A DNA stretch of 64,000 bases from Clostridiaceae bacterium (GTDB taxonomy: Bacteria; Bacillota; Clostridia; Lachnospirales; Lachnospiraceae). The notes under the pieces were generated by a model. The model was not told where the DNA came from and did no database searches. It saw only the letters and a list, made by a program, of their open reading frames with translations. A program made the position numbers and the translations under genes. This document shows positions 29,100 through 39,138 of the stretch, piece by piece (positions within the stretch are counted from its first letter, which is position 1; each line of letters starts with the position of its first letter). The stretch lies in the NCBI GenBank assembly GCA_021200535.1, contig JAJQGL010000114.1, forward strand, positions 1,171 to 65,170. Direction: 5' to 3'.

Positions 29100-29435
29100 C
29101 ATTGCATACAAAAAATCCACAATCTGCTTGATATTTGCGACGGTGTCCCTCTGGTACGCCGTCTCTTTTTCTAATTCATGTGATACATTGTTCACCGTAA
29201 AAGCCGTGACCAGCAAATCCTGAAGCAGCTTCAAAATCACCTCAACCACGATCTCCCGTTCCGGCTCCGGACAGTCTTTTAACTGCATCACGCACGTTCG
29301 TATCTCATTAATCCCTGTGACCAGTTTATCTGTAACATTAATAGAATCAAATGACATCTGTTCCAGGGAGTCAAGAGAATTTTCCATTCTTTCCAGTACC
29401 ATACTCGTCCTGTCTTCGGTTTGTGAATAGTCCAT
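29082..29435 (-). CDS. Hypothetical helical protein
   Basis: 117 aa. Its start overlaps the radA stop (shared base 29435), suggesting translational coupling. No family recognised. Confidence 0.65.
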   Translation of the reverse strand: MDYSQTEDRTSMVLERMENSLDSLEQMSFDSINVTDKLVTGINEIRTCVMQLKDCPEPEREIVVEVILKLLQDLLVTAFTVNNVSHELEKETAYQRDTVANIKQIVDFLYAMSEGPF

Positions 29436-30808
29436 TAAAACACCCCCAACAATTCGTGAATCGTGTCAATCCCAACTAATTCCATGTCTCCCAGGTTTTT
29501 TTTTGCAATGTCCATCTGCCGTTTGTTGCCCTGCGGTAAAAGGCAGCGCTTAAACCCCAGCTTTGCCGCCTCAAGCACACGCTGCTCTGCCATTGCAACG
29601 GCACGCACTTCTCCAACCAGCCCTACCTCGCCAAAGCAAATCGTGCTGCTGTCGAATGACTGGTTGCGGTAACTGGAAAGCACGGCGGCAATAATTCCCA
29701 GATCAAGCGCCGGTTCATGAATCCGCAGGCCGCCCGCAACATTGATATATGCATCGCAGTCCCCCATACGCAGTCCAAGCCGTTTCTCAATCACAGCCAT
29801 CAACAGATTTACACGGTTATAATCCGTTCCTGCCGCCGTCCGCCGCGGCATATTAAAATTCGTCTGGCAGACCAGCGCCTGAACTTCAATTAAAATCGGA
29901 CGCGTTCCTTCCATCGAACAGGTAACCACGGACCCAGACTCATTTTCCGGCTTCCCCTGAAGCATATACTCCGACGGATTCGTAACCTCCACCAGACCAC
30001 AACCGCGCATCTCAAAAACACCAATCTCATTGGTAGAGCCGAAACGGTTTTTTACCCCGCGTAAAAAACGGTAAGACGCACTGCCCTCCCCTTCAAAATA
30101 AAGCACGGTATCTACCATGTGCTCCAAAATACGCGGGCCGGCAACTACGCCTTCTTTTGTCACATGTCCTATCACAAAAACAGAAATCGCCATGCTCTTT
30201 GCAAGGTGCAGCAGTACGCTTGTCGTCTCCCTGATCTGGCTGACGCTTCCCGGCATAGAACCAATTTCTTCCCGATACATGGTCTGAATAGAATCAATAA
30301 CCACAACGTCCGGCTTCATCCTGCTGATCACATCGACAACCCGGTCGAGATCTGTCTCGCTCAGCAAAAAAAGCTCTTTTTTAAATTCTCCCAGACGATC
30401 CGCGCGCATCTTAATCTGTTTTACGGATTCCTCACCGGAAACATACAGAACTTTTTTTTCTGTATTTACCAGCTGCTGGCACATCTGCAGCAACAGCGTA
30501 GACTTTCCAATGCCCGGATCGCCCCCGACCAGCACAAGCGACCCGGTAACGATTCCGCCTCCCAGCACTCTGTCAAGTTCCCCAATGCCTGTCAGTGTGC
30601 GCACTTCTTCTGTCACACGGACTTCAGAGAGCCTGGAAGGCTCGGCTGCTGCAGTCCGTGAAATCTCTTTTCCGGCAGCCGTTTTGATAACCGGCTCCTC
30701 CACAAAGGTATTCCACTCTTTACAGCCAGGACACTGCCCAAGCCATTTTGCACTCTCATATCCGCATTCTTTACAAAAAAAGACTGTCTTATTTTTTCCT
30801 TTTGCCAT
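29435..30808 (-). CDS. radA: DNA repair protein RadA/Sms
   Basis: CKECG...CPGC zinc finger, GDPGIGKSTL, KNRFG and a Lon-like C-terminus. Confidence 0.98.
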   Translation of the reverse strand: MAKGKNKTVFFCKECGYESAKWLGQCPGCKEWNTFVEEPVIKTAAGKEISRTAAAEPSRLSEVRVTEEVRTLTGIGELDRVLGGGIVTGSLVLVGGDPGIGKSTLLLQMCQQLVNTEKKVLYVSGEESVKQIKMRADRLGEFKKELFLLSETDLDRVVDVISRMKPDVVVIDSIQTMYREEIGSMPGSVSQIRETTSVLLHLAKSMAISVFVIGHVTKEGVVAGPRILEHMVDTVLYFEGEGSASYRFLRGVKNRFGSTNEIGVFEMRGCGLVEVTNPSEYMLQGKPENESGSVVTCSMEGTRPILIEVQALVCQTNFNMPRRTAAGTDYNRVNLLMAVIEKRLGLRMGDCDAYINVAGGLRIHEPALDLGIIAAVLSSYRNQSFDSSTICFGEVGLVGEVRAVAMAEQRVLEAAKLGFKRCLLPQGNKRQMDIAKKNLGDMELVGIDTIHELLGVF

Positions 30809-30811
30809 AGA

Positions 30812-31225
30812 CTACAATTTCACAACACGGATTTTTGAAATCTGTCCCGCATTGATTTCCAGACTCAGTATCAGCTTTCCGCCCAGATTTGTTTTCATCT
30901 TGCCGATATTGGTATCGTCCACATATACCTTATATTCTGTCTCCGGCTCCAGCTCCAGGGTAATAGAAGCATCCTCCAGTCCCTCAACAGAAAACATCAT
31001 TTCATCCTCTGTCACTTTTAACCCGGTAACAACAGTTCCCGGTACGGATTCATATACAAACAGACCGTTTTTTTCCAGTTTGGTTATTTCCTTAAACGTT
31101 TTTACCTTATACAGATCTCCTTCAAATTCAAAATCAGATAACTTCTGCTTCGTATCAAACTCATAATTTCCAAAGCTTAATGTTCCATCGCTCTCTTTGC
31201 GGATTAACTCCTTAATTACTGCCAT
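30812..31225 (-). CDS. Conserved hypothetical beta-rich protein between clpC and radA
   Basis: AGGAGG precedes ATG 31225 (MAVIKELIR...). I recall similar proteins being auto-annotated as endosialidase, but I see no catalytic motif to support that. Confidence 0.7.
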   Translation of the reverse strand: MAVIKELIRKESDGTLSFGNYEFDTKQKLSDFEFEGDLYKVKTFKEITKLEKNGLFVYESVPGTVVTGLKVTEDEMMFSVEGLEDASITLELEPETEYKVYVDDTNIGKMKTNLGGKLILSLEINAGQISKIRVVKL

Positions 31226-31370
31226 GATTCTTCCTCCTAAGTTCTTTATTTGCGCTTTCTGAGCCAAAACTCTGCCGATCAATCCATGACATCGTATCTA
31301 CGCTGCATCACCAGAACGCATGTTATCTAAGTAAGCTAATTATAGCACAAGCGCGGCATCTTTTCCACTA

Positions 31371-33812
31371 CTACAATTTACAAAATGTGATCTTTTCGTC
31401 ACCGTATTCCGCCCGGATATGATCTCCCGGCATGATCTTTTCTGCCAGAATCTGATCCGCCAGCTCATCCTCCAGCTTTGACTGAATACTGCGCCGGATT
31501 GGACGGGCGCCATAATTTTTGTCAAACCCGCTCTTCGCCAGCCAGGCGACCACCTCATCCGACACCTCTATTGTAATGCTCATTTGTGCCGACAGGCGCT
31601 TCTGCAGCACCCCAAGCATAATCTTTACGATTTCCTGAATATTTTCCTGCGTCAATGTATGGAAAACAAGCATTTCATCAATACGGTTAATAAATTCCGG
31701 CTTAAAGATCTTCTTAACCTCCTCCATAACGCTCTCTTTCATTTTCTGATAATCGGCTTCCTGATCCTCCTTTGTGCCGAATCCAAGGTGCTTCGGAGAA
31801 ATGATCTGCTGTGCGCCGGCGTTAGACGTCATAATAATAATCGTATTTTTAAAACTGACCTTCCTTCCCTGTGCATCTGTAACATGGCCATCTTCCAAAA
31901 TCTGCAGCAAAATATTAAATACATCCAGATGTGCCTTTTCAATCTCATCAAACAAAATGACAGAATAAGGATGACGGCGTACCTTTTCACTCAGCTGTCC
32001 CCCATCCTCATAGCCAACATAGCCCGGAGGCGAACCGATCATCTTTGACACACTGTGCTTTTCCATATATTCGGACATATCAACGCGGATAATATCCTCT
32101 TCCTTGCCAAACACTGCCTCTGCCAGCGCCTTTGACAGCTCGGTCTTTCCCACTCCGGTCGGTCCCAGAAACAGGAATGAACCAATCGGACGGTTTGGGT
32201 CTTTCAGCCCCACCCTGCCTCTGCGCACTGCCTTTGCCACTGCAGAAACCGCTTCGTCCTGCCCGATCACACGGCGGTGAAGCTCCTCCTCCAGCTTACG
32301 AAGCCGCATGGTCTCTTCTTCCTGAAGCTTCTGCACCGGAATCTTAGTCCAGTCGGCTATCACATTTGCCACGTCAGCATCCGTTACAGTCAATTTCCTT
32401 CCATCCCGTTCTTTTTCAAGGTTATTCCGGCAGGAATTTAACTTTTCCCGGCACGCAAGCTGCTTCTTTTTTAACTCGCTGGCAAGCGAAAAGTCCTCCT
32501 GCAGAATGGCATCTTCTTTTTCCTTCTCTAACGCAACCTGTTCTTCCTCCAAAGCACGAAGCTCAGCAGAAGGCAGGAACAGGCTGAGGCTGATTTTAGC
32601 CGCCGCCTCATCAATGGCATCAATCGCCTTGTCCGGCAAAAAACGGTCATTAACGTATCTCTGTGTCATCTTAACCGCCGTTACAATGGCAGATTCTGAA
32701 ATCTCAACATGATGATGCTGTTCGTAACGCTCCCGGAGGCCTTTTAGAATCTGCATCGCCTCTTCCTCATCCGGCTCCTCGACAGCAACCGGCTGAAACC
32801 TCCGTTCCAGCGCGGCATCCTTTTCAATGTATTTGCGGTATTCTTCTCTTGTTGTCGCCCCGATCAGCTGGATTTCCCCGCGCGCCAGCGCCGGTTTTAA
32901 AATATTGGCGGCATCAATCGCTCCCTCTGCACCGCCCGCGCCGATAATCGTGTGAATCTCATCAATAAAAAGCATAATATTCCCAGACTGGGTTGTTTCG
33001 CGCAAGGCACGCTTAATGCGTTCCTCAAACTCGCCGCGGTACTTTGACCCGGCTACCATACCCGACAAATCCAGCATCAGCACCTTTTTATCCTGCAGTG
33101 TTTCCGGAATATCACCCTGTACAATCTTTTGTGCAAGCCCCTCTACAACTGCAGTTTTTCCCACACCCGGCTCGCCGATCAGGCACGGGTTGTTTTTTGT
33201 CCTTCTTCCTAAAATCTGTACCAGACGGCGGATTTCCGAATCCCTGCCGATAACCGGATCAAGCCGGCCCTCCTTCGCATACGCAGTCAGGTCACGGCTA
33301 TACTGGTCAAGCATTGGCGTCGCAGACTTTCCGCTTCTGCCTTTCTGCATCATATATTCATTTTTTGCACTGGTGATGTCCTGTCCGGTCGCAGTCAGCA
33401 CATCAATATACAGCTTCTGTACATTAATTCCCTTTGTATTAAGCAGACGCACTGCAATGCAGTCAACTTCCTTAAGCAGCGCAATCAAAATATGCTCTGT
33501 GCCGGCGCTTGGCGCACCCATGCGCTCCGCCTCTGCCAGACTGTTTGCCTTTACCTTCCCGGCCCTCGGCGTCAGCTCTCCGGTTCCGATCGTCATAACT
33601 GCGGCATCGGAAGAAAAATTTTCTTCGATTAATTCATAAATTCTGTCATATTCCACACCGTTTTCCTTTAAAACTTCACCGGCGACTCCCTTTGCCGTTA
33701 AAAGCCCTAACAGCAAATGCTCCGTGCCAATGTATCCATGGCCCAGGGCTTGCGCCTCTTTTCCTGCATTTTCAAATACCTTCTGTGCACTTTTCGTATA
33801 ACGCTTCTGCAT
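31371..33812 (-). CDS. clpC: ATP-dependent Clp protease ATP-binding subunit ClpC
   Basis: Clp-N repeats (IGTEHLL), [14 protein letters not shown], a UVR-like middle region, GPTGVGKT and [12 protein letters not shown] precedes ATG 33812 (ORF track 33845). Confidence 0.95.
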   Translation of the reverse strand: MQKRYTKSAQKVFENAGKEAQALGHGYIGTEHLLLGLLTAKGVAGEVLKENGVEYDRIYELIEENFSSDAAVMTIGTGELTPRAGKVKANSLAEAERMGAPSAGTEHILIALLKEVDCIAVRLLNTKGINVQKLYIDVLTATGQDITSAKNEYMMQKGRSGKSATPMLDQYSRDLTAYAKEGRLDPVIGRDSEIRRLVQILGRRTKNNPCLIGEPGVGKTAVVEGLAQKIVQGDIPETLQDKKVLMLDLSGMVAGSKYRGEFEERIKRALRETTQSGNIMLFIDEIHTIIGAGGAEGAIDAANILKPALARGEIQLIGATTREEYRKYIEKDAALERRFQPVAVEEPDEEEAMQILKGLRERYEQHHHVEISESAIVTAVKMTQRYVNDRFLPDKAIDAIDEAAAKISLSLFLPSAELRALEEEQVALEKEKEDAILQEDFSLASELKKKQLACREKLNSCRNNLEKERDGRKLTVTDADVANVIADWTKIPVQKLQEEETMRLRKLEEELHRRVIGQDEAVSAVAKAVRRGRVGLKDPNRPIGSFLFLGPTGVGKTELSKALAEAVFGKEEDIIRVDMSEYMEKHSVSKMIGSPPGYVGYEDGGQLSEKVRRHPYSVILFDEIEKAHLDVFNILLQILEDGHVTDAQGRKVSFKNTIIIMTSNAGAQQIISPKHLGFGTKEDQEADYQKMKESVMEEVKKIFKPEFINRIDEMLVFHTLTQENIQEIVKIMLGVLQKRLSAQMSITIEVSDEVVAWLAKSGFDKNYGARPIRRSIQSKLEDELADQILAEKIMPGDHIRAEYGDEKITFCKL

Positions 33813-33887
33813 TACTATCCTCATTTCTGCACTGCTTTTTTTCATCCTCTATTCCTTGTGCCGGGCAGTGCGCGGGCACTATAAAAA

Positions 33888-35099
33888 CTAATTTCTCCTT
33901 CGAATCAAACGGGCGAGAACAAGCACCAGCAGACAGAATACTGCCATAATCGCAATGATATATTTCAGTCCTGTAATCTGCTTTTCATATGCTTCAGCCG
34001 CAAAGGAGGCATCCTCCTGATAGCGGTACCAGGCTTTTACTTTTTCATAGGGGAAAATCATATCTGCTTCCCCGTCATACAGATAAAAGCCCTCTTCTCC
34101 ATCCCCATCTTTGCCATAGAGTAACACAATCTGATCGTTTTTTCCAGCCTCAAGCGTCCAGGATGCAACCGTCACACCGTCAATCTCTGTATCCGATGCC
34201 GCAAAGCCATCCGGAATTTCTACATCCTCTCCCGGTTCAGTCAATGTAATCTTTGTCTTCCCGCTGACAACCGTCACACCCTTTTTTTCTGTCACCGTCA
34301 CATTTCCCTTTTCACCGGAGTCTGTCTCTGCTCCTTCCTCCTGTGCCGCATCCGGCGCAGCGCTTGCAGGCGCTCCCTGTTCCGGCGCCTCACCTGCCTC
34401 ACCCGCTGCTGCCTCGCCTGACGGTGTCTCTCCCGGCTCACCCGCCGGCGCCTCACCTGTCTCACCTTTCTCACCTGACGGTACCCCGCCAGGCTCTCCC
34501 GCGGCAGCCGAAGGAGCCGCTGACGCCTCCGCAGGCGCCTGTGTTGCTGCTGCCGCTTTGTTCTGCTGCTTTTCCCAGGCCTTTTTTCCCATGATAACCA
34601 GATTTAAATCACTGTGGGACACCGACATCTTTGTGTCTGAATCATCATCGGCAATCACATTATACGGCTGTTTTAACGCGATCGTACAGCTTCCCTTTTT
34701 TCTCGCCTTAAATTTAATAGAATATTTTATCTTGGTAGCGCTGCTGTCACGGTCCATATCTTCAATCTCAAATTCATCATCATTCCCATGGACAACACTG
34801 CCGCCTGTCACAAAACGCAGATAACGGTTATCATACGAAAAATACCCCTGAAAACCCTGAATGGCTTCCGTCGACTCCACAGTAATCACCACATAGAGCG
34901 TGTCTCCTTTGACCACCGTTTTGCTCTTCGTATCAATATCAACACTGGCTCCCGCCGCCTCTGCTTTTTTTCCGCCTGCAGCAAAAGCAAACAGAAAAAC
35001 ACAGAAAAGCAGTATACCAAAAACCCTTTTTCTCCTATGCAGGGCCAAAGCCTGCCTGTTCTGTTTTTGTATTTGCCCGCTTTTCTGCTTTATTATCAT
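33888..35099 (-). CDS. Cell-surface protein: cohesin-like domain, Gly/Glu/Ala/Pro-rich linker, C-terminal TM anchor
   Basis: Signal/TM segment, VVITVES...GFQGYFSYD..YLRFV (cohesin-like), low-complexity GEPG/GETG linker, C-terminal hydrophobic helix followed by RRRN. Confidence 0.7.
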   Translation of the reverse strand: MIIKQKSGQIQKQNRQALALHRRKRVFGILLFCVFLFAFAAGGKKAEAAGASVDIDTKSKTVVKGDTLYVVITVESTEAIQGFQGYFSYDNRYLRFVTGGSVVHGNDDEFEIEDMDRDSSATKIKYSIKFKARKKGSCTIALKQPYNVIADDDSDTKMSVSHSDLNLVIMGKKAWEKQQNKAAAATQAPAEASAAPSAAAGEPGGVPSGEKGETGEAPAGEPGETPSGEAAAGEAGEAPEQGAPASAAPDAAQEEGAETDSGEKGNVTVTEKKGVTVVSGKTKITLTEPGEDVEIPDGFAASDTEIDGVTVASWTLEAGKNDQIVLLYGKDGDGEEGFYLYDGEADMIFPYEKVKAWYRYQEDASFAAEAYEKQITGLKYIIAIMAVFCLLVLVLARLIRRRN

Positions 35100-35181
35100 A
35101 TTATGCTGTTCCTTCCTGCTTCTGATACATTCAAAGACGCATTTTCCCGACAGCGCAATGCATCTGAAGCATACCTGCATG

Positions 35182-37371
35182 CTATTTTGCTTTTCTTGTA
35201 ACTTTTATCTTGTACTTTCGCACCGACCCGCTTTCTGATGTTACCTTAACGGTATATGTTTTTGTTCCCACCGACAGGTTTTTGGTTCCGGTCCCCGAAA
35301 TCGTCGCTGACGAATTTACACTCTTCGCACAGATTTCGATTGACTTAACGCTATTTGCTACCGTCAGCTTATAAACGGTACTGCCGTCGTCTCCAAGCTT
35401 AAATTTTGTAGTAAAGGTCTGGTCTGTCACATACAGCTTTTTCAGATAGTTGTTCGGGTTCTTTCCGCCGGACGGCACAGCGCATGCAGAGGACGGCATA
35501 TTTTTGTATACCGGAATAGAAAATACCAGCGGCATATCTGCCTTGTCAGAGCCGTATGCGGTATTTGTTTTGGTCGCCTCGCTGTTTGGCGCTTCAATGT
35601 TTGCCATATACTGATGGCTGTACCGGTTTTTAGATGTCACGTTAAATTTCTGCAGGTACAGGGTATTTTGCCCCACATTAATATAATTTTTGCCAATATA
35701 GGACGCTCCGCCCACAATCGATTTATACGGTGTATTCCAAGGACGGAGATAGGTAGTCCCTGAGCTTGCCCAACTCAGCCCGTTTGCAATAGCCCCTCCT
35801 GACGTTGTACTGTTATTGGCGCCAATATTATAAAAATTATAAATGCCTGTGTAACCGCTGACGTTTCCGGAAACCGAACTGCTCATCAGCGTTGAACTAA
35901 TGACAACCTCCTGTTTTACCCTGGCTGCCAGATGATATGGGCTGACCTGGGAATATTCTGCAGCATCCATAAATGCCTTTGAATATTTGATACTCTGCGT
36001 TGTGCCCTCATCATCGGTATAGGAAAACTTCGTGTTGTACATCGGCGTATTTTTCAAAATATTTTCCACGCCCGACTGACTGTGGAAATCAGACTGGTAC
36101 TCCAGACTCTCAAACTGAAAAATTCCTCTCTCATCCAAAAAATTTCTTGGATCCATATAATACTTCACCGCTTTTTTTGATGCGGTAACCCATGTGCTCC
36201 CATCAAACGGGACATACGTATCTGTCGTCCAGTCATACGCACCGTCGTCTGTTGATTTCCATGCATATGATTTGTTGACGCTTAACAGATTCAGCCCTAC
36301 TTTACTTTCATTTTTAATTACTGTTGACCATTTCAGACCTGTCACATATGGCGTAAATTCCCAATTCGGATATTCCTGATGCAGCGCCCATAGGCTGCTC
36401 AGATAAGAATCCGGAAAACCAGCCTTCTTTAACGCCGCTTTATATTCCTCTTCTGTCTCCGTCACGGCAGCAGTGCCTGTCGAGGAGGCAGATGCTGTTG
36501 CAGCCGGGGATGCCGTTGCAGTCGGAGATGCTGTTGCAGCCGTACTGGTCTTTTCACTTTTTACAATCTGCAAAAAAACAACTGCATCTTCCAGATATCC
36601 TTTGACTGTCTTTTTATTATATTTTACTTTCACATACAGATATTTTTGGGAAGAAATGGTCACTTGTCCCAGTATTGTCATCTGTTTGCCATTTTTAAGG
36701 GAAACTGTTTTCTGACCGGACTTCACTGCCGTGTCGCCGCCTGCTGTTTTTTTCAGCGTGACCGCAGCAGATGATTTTAAGATTGCCGGCAAGCCCGTAC
36801 CACAGGTTGGGGCAACCCCAGCCGACGGCACATATCCCTTACAGGTTGTTTTATTGTATGTAAAGGAAATACGGTACCACTTTTCTCCCTTTACAAGGCT
36901 TTCTGAAAGAATGCGGACCTTTTGGTTCTTTTCCAGGGAAACTGCTTTTTTGCTGACCTTTAAACTAGCGGCAGAAGAAGACGCTTTTTTCCGCACGGTT
37001 GTCTTATCTGTCACTGTCAGCCCATATATTTTTGTCCTGACTGTTCCGGTCTGCACTGTGACATAGGATTTATAGACATAGCCTGTGATTGTTTTACTGT
37101 TCTGCTGAAACTTAACATGATACCACTCGCCATTTTTCCCGGTGATGGTCACCTTTGTGCCATTGGACAATGTGACATTGGAACCGCCTGATGTCACATT
37201 GCTGTAGCCGGTTCCCGGCCCTGTGCGCACATTCAGCGAGCCTTCCACCTTTACAATCCCCACCGCTGACGCCTCTGCCACCTGATCCCTTTTCCCGCTA
37301 ATCAGGAAAAAAAGCGTTGCCGCAAACACTATGATACCGGCAGAAAGAAAAAGTTTTTTCCTCTCTTTCAT
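35182..37371 (-). CDS. SH3b-repeat peptidoglycan hydrolase (glucosaminidase-like) with C-terminal cadherin-like beta-sandwich
   Basis: LNVRTGPGTGY..GEWYHV (SH3b), YYMDPRNFL, YNFYNIGA, QNTLYLQKFNV, HQYMAN, VKVTSESG..RKY. Confidence 0.8.
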   Translation of the reverse strand: MKERKKLFLSAGIIVFAATLFFLISGKRDQVAEASAVGIVKVEGSLNVRTGPGTGYSNVTSGGSNVTLSNGTKVTITGKNGEWYHVKFQQNSKTITGYVYKSYVTVQTGTVRTKIYGLTVTDKTTVRKKASSSAASLKVSKKAVSLEKNQKVRILSESLVKGEKWYRISFTYNKTTCKGYVPSAGVAPTCGTGLPAILKSSAAVTLKKTAGGDTAVKSGQKTVSLKNGKQMTILGQVTISSQKYLYVKVKYNKKTVKGYLEDAVVFLQIVKSEKTSTAATASPTATASPAATASASSTGTAAVTETEEEYKAALKKAGFPDSYLSSLWALHQEYPNWEFTPYVTGLKWSTVIKNESKVGLNLLSVNKSYAWKSTDDGAYDWTTDTYVPFDGSTWVTASKKAVKYYMDPRNFLDERGIFQFESLEYQSDFHSQSGVENILKNTPMYNTKFSYTDDEGTTQSIKYSKAFMDAAEYSQVSPYHLAARVKQEVVISSTLMSSSVSGNVSGYTGIYNFYNIGANNSTTSGGAIANGLSWASSGTTYLRPWNTPYKSIVGGASYIGKNYINVGQNTLYLQKFNVTSKNRYSHQYMANIEAPNSEATKTNTAYGSDKADMPLVFSIPVYKNMPSSACAVPSGGKNPNNYLKKLYVTDQTFTTKFKLGDDGSTVYKLTVANSVKSIEICAKSVNSSATISGTGTKNLSVGTKTYTVKVTSESGSVRKYKIKVTRKAK

Positions 37372-37384
37372 CCAAACACTCTCC

Positions 37385-38272
37385 TTATTTTAAAAATTCC
37401 TTCAGCTCGTCCGGGGTAAAATAATAATGTGAACCGCAAAAATGGCAATTTACCTCTATCGTTTCGCCGGCTTCAATCATTTCCTGCAAGTCTTTTTTTC
37501 CAACACTTGCCACCGCACGGGAAACCCGCTCCCTAGAACAGTCACAATGATAATTCACAGGAATCCGGTCTAAAATCTCAACCGGAAGATCTCCCATCAA
37601 ATGATGTATCATATCCTCCGGCGTCATGCCCTGTTCCTGTAAATCCGTTACAGAGTGTATCTGCGCAATCGTTTCTTCTACTTTGGCAATCACCGGTTCT
37701 TCGGCAAAGGGCATCACCTGGATGATAAATCCGCCCGCCTGTTTTACGTGATTGTCCCTGCCCAGCAAAACACCCAGCCCAACGGAAGAAGGTACTTGTT
37801 CAGATGTAGCAAAATAATATGTCAAATCCTCGGCAATTTCACCGGATACCAGATGCGTCTGTCCATTGTATGGCTCTTTCATGCCAATATCCCGGATTAC
37901 ATTTAAAAAACCGGGTCCTACCGCTCCTGCCACATCCAGTTTTCCCTTGTCGTTTGGCGGCAAAATCACCATTGGCTGTTTGACGTATCCCTTCACGTTT
38001 GCCTTTGAATCAGAGGTAACCGTCAGTCCGCCGATCGGGCCGGAACACTGAATCTGCAGTGTCAGAATATCGTTGTCCCCTTTCATCATGCTGCCCATCA
38101 TGCCGGCTGCTGTCAAAAGCCGCCCCAGCGCTGCAGTAGCAACGGGACTGGTGTTGTGAATCTGCCTTCCCCTCTCCACAAGCCCTGCTGAAGTTGAGGC
38201 AAATATGCGGAGCTGGCAATCCGCCGCAGTTGCTCTGACAATATAATCCGTACTCATCCTTTCCATCCTCAT
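37385..38272 (-). CDS. hslO: Hsp33 redox-regulated chaperone
   Basis: AALGRLLTA, SGEIAEDL..YF..SEQVPS, CDCS...CHFC zinc motif. Confidence 0.95.
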   Translation of the reverse strand: MRMERMSTDYIVRATAADCQLRIFASTSAGLVERGRQIHNTSPVATAALGRLLTAAGMMGSMMKGDNDILTLQIQCSGPIGGLTVTSDSKANVKGYVKQPMVILPPNDKGKLDVAGAVGPGFLNVIRDIGMKEPYNGQTHLVSGEIAEDLTYYFATSEQVPSSVGLGVLLGRDNHVKQAGGFIIQVMPFAEEPVIAKVEETIAQIHSVTDLQEQGMTPEDMIHHLMGDLPVEILDRIPVNYHCDCSRERVSRAVASVGKKDLQEMIEAGETIEVNCHFCGSHYYFTPDELKEFLK

Positions 38273-39099
38273 TTCTGTTTTTTATATTTTTTTGCCACAA
38301 AATAAATTCTTTCTGTGTTTTCTGATGCCGCGCCGTTTTTCTCCGACGCGTTCTCCTTGGCAGCCGCACCGTTTTTCTCCGACGCACACTCCTTGACAGC
38401 TGCGCCGGAAGCATCCAGCACCTCAATGCAGGAAAGTCCCTGCCTTTCCATGGCCTCCCTGACCTGACAAACCGAATACGCCCTCTGCCGGTGAATCTCC
38501 TCTGCACGGCGAAACAAACCGCGGCGTTCATCTTCCAGTTCATAAACCGTCAGAAAATATTCGTTTATCTTCGACTCCCGGTCATACACATTCTCCCAGA
38601 TATAACTGGCGTCTTCCCTGTTCTCAGCAAAAACAGAATCCCCCAGTATCTCTCTGTAAAAATAGTCTGTTTTCATATCAAAAATAAATACGCCATCCGA
38701 ATCCAAAAAAAGAGAAGCTTTCGAAAAAACCTGCTCCAGCTGCTGTTCACTGCACAGATAATTCATGCCGTCACAAAGGCAGACCATCGCCGCCACAGAG
38801 CCGTACAGGTCCAACTCCCGGATATCCTGGCAGAGCAGTAAAACATCTGCGCCGCATTTTTCCCTGGCAAAATTTAACATCTCCTGCGACAGGTCCACTC
38901 CGATCATATCGTATCCCAGCGTTTCCAGACGCCTTGTAATCTCACCGGTGCCGCATGCAAGATCTGCTACAATCCCATCCTCCACGCCATATTTTTTCAG
39001 AAGCCGGTGCAGAAACTGCACCCATTCATCATATGGAATGTTATCCATAAAACGGTCATATACCGAAGCGAACCCCCCGTAAATCTCACCATGATCCAT
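38269..39099 (-). CDS. Class I SAM-dependent methyltransferase
   Basis: FASVYD, DLACGTGE, GVDLS.EML, CDGMNY, GVFIFD. Carries a 12-aa internal duplication near the C-terminus. Confidence 0.9.
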   Translation of the reverse strand: MDHGEIYGGFASVYDRFMDNIPYDEWVQFLHRLLKKYGVEDGIVADLACGTGEITRRLETLGYDMIGVDLSQEMLNFAREKCGADVLLLCQDIRELDLYGSVAAMVCLCDGMNYLCSEQQLEQVFSKASLFLDSDGVFIFDMKTDYFYREILGDSVFAENREDASYIWENVYDRESKINEYFLTVYELEDERRGLFRRAEEIHRQRAYSVCQVREAMERQGLSCIEVLDASGAAVKECASEKNGAAAKENASEKNGAASENTERIYFVAKKYKKQK

Positions 39100-39138
39100 A
39101 GCCTTTCCTCCAAAGCCCTGCAGGACAGGGCAAAAACG

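Noticed and set aside
30812-31225. Endosialidase function for the gene between clpC and radA
   Set aside because: It is too short and has no sialidase Asp-box or catalytic features. The label is only a remembered auto-annotation.
33813-33832. GCAGAAATGAGG-like matches at clpC (about 33818) and hslO (about 38285) as more copies of the REP-like element
   Set aside because: Only the purine-rich part matches and it sits at Shine-Dalgarno distance from start codons, so an RBS explains it.
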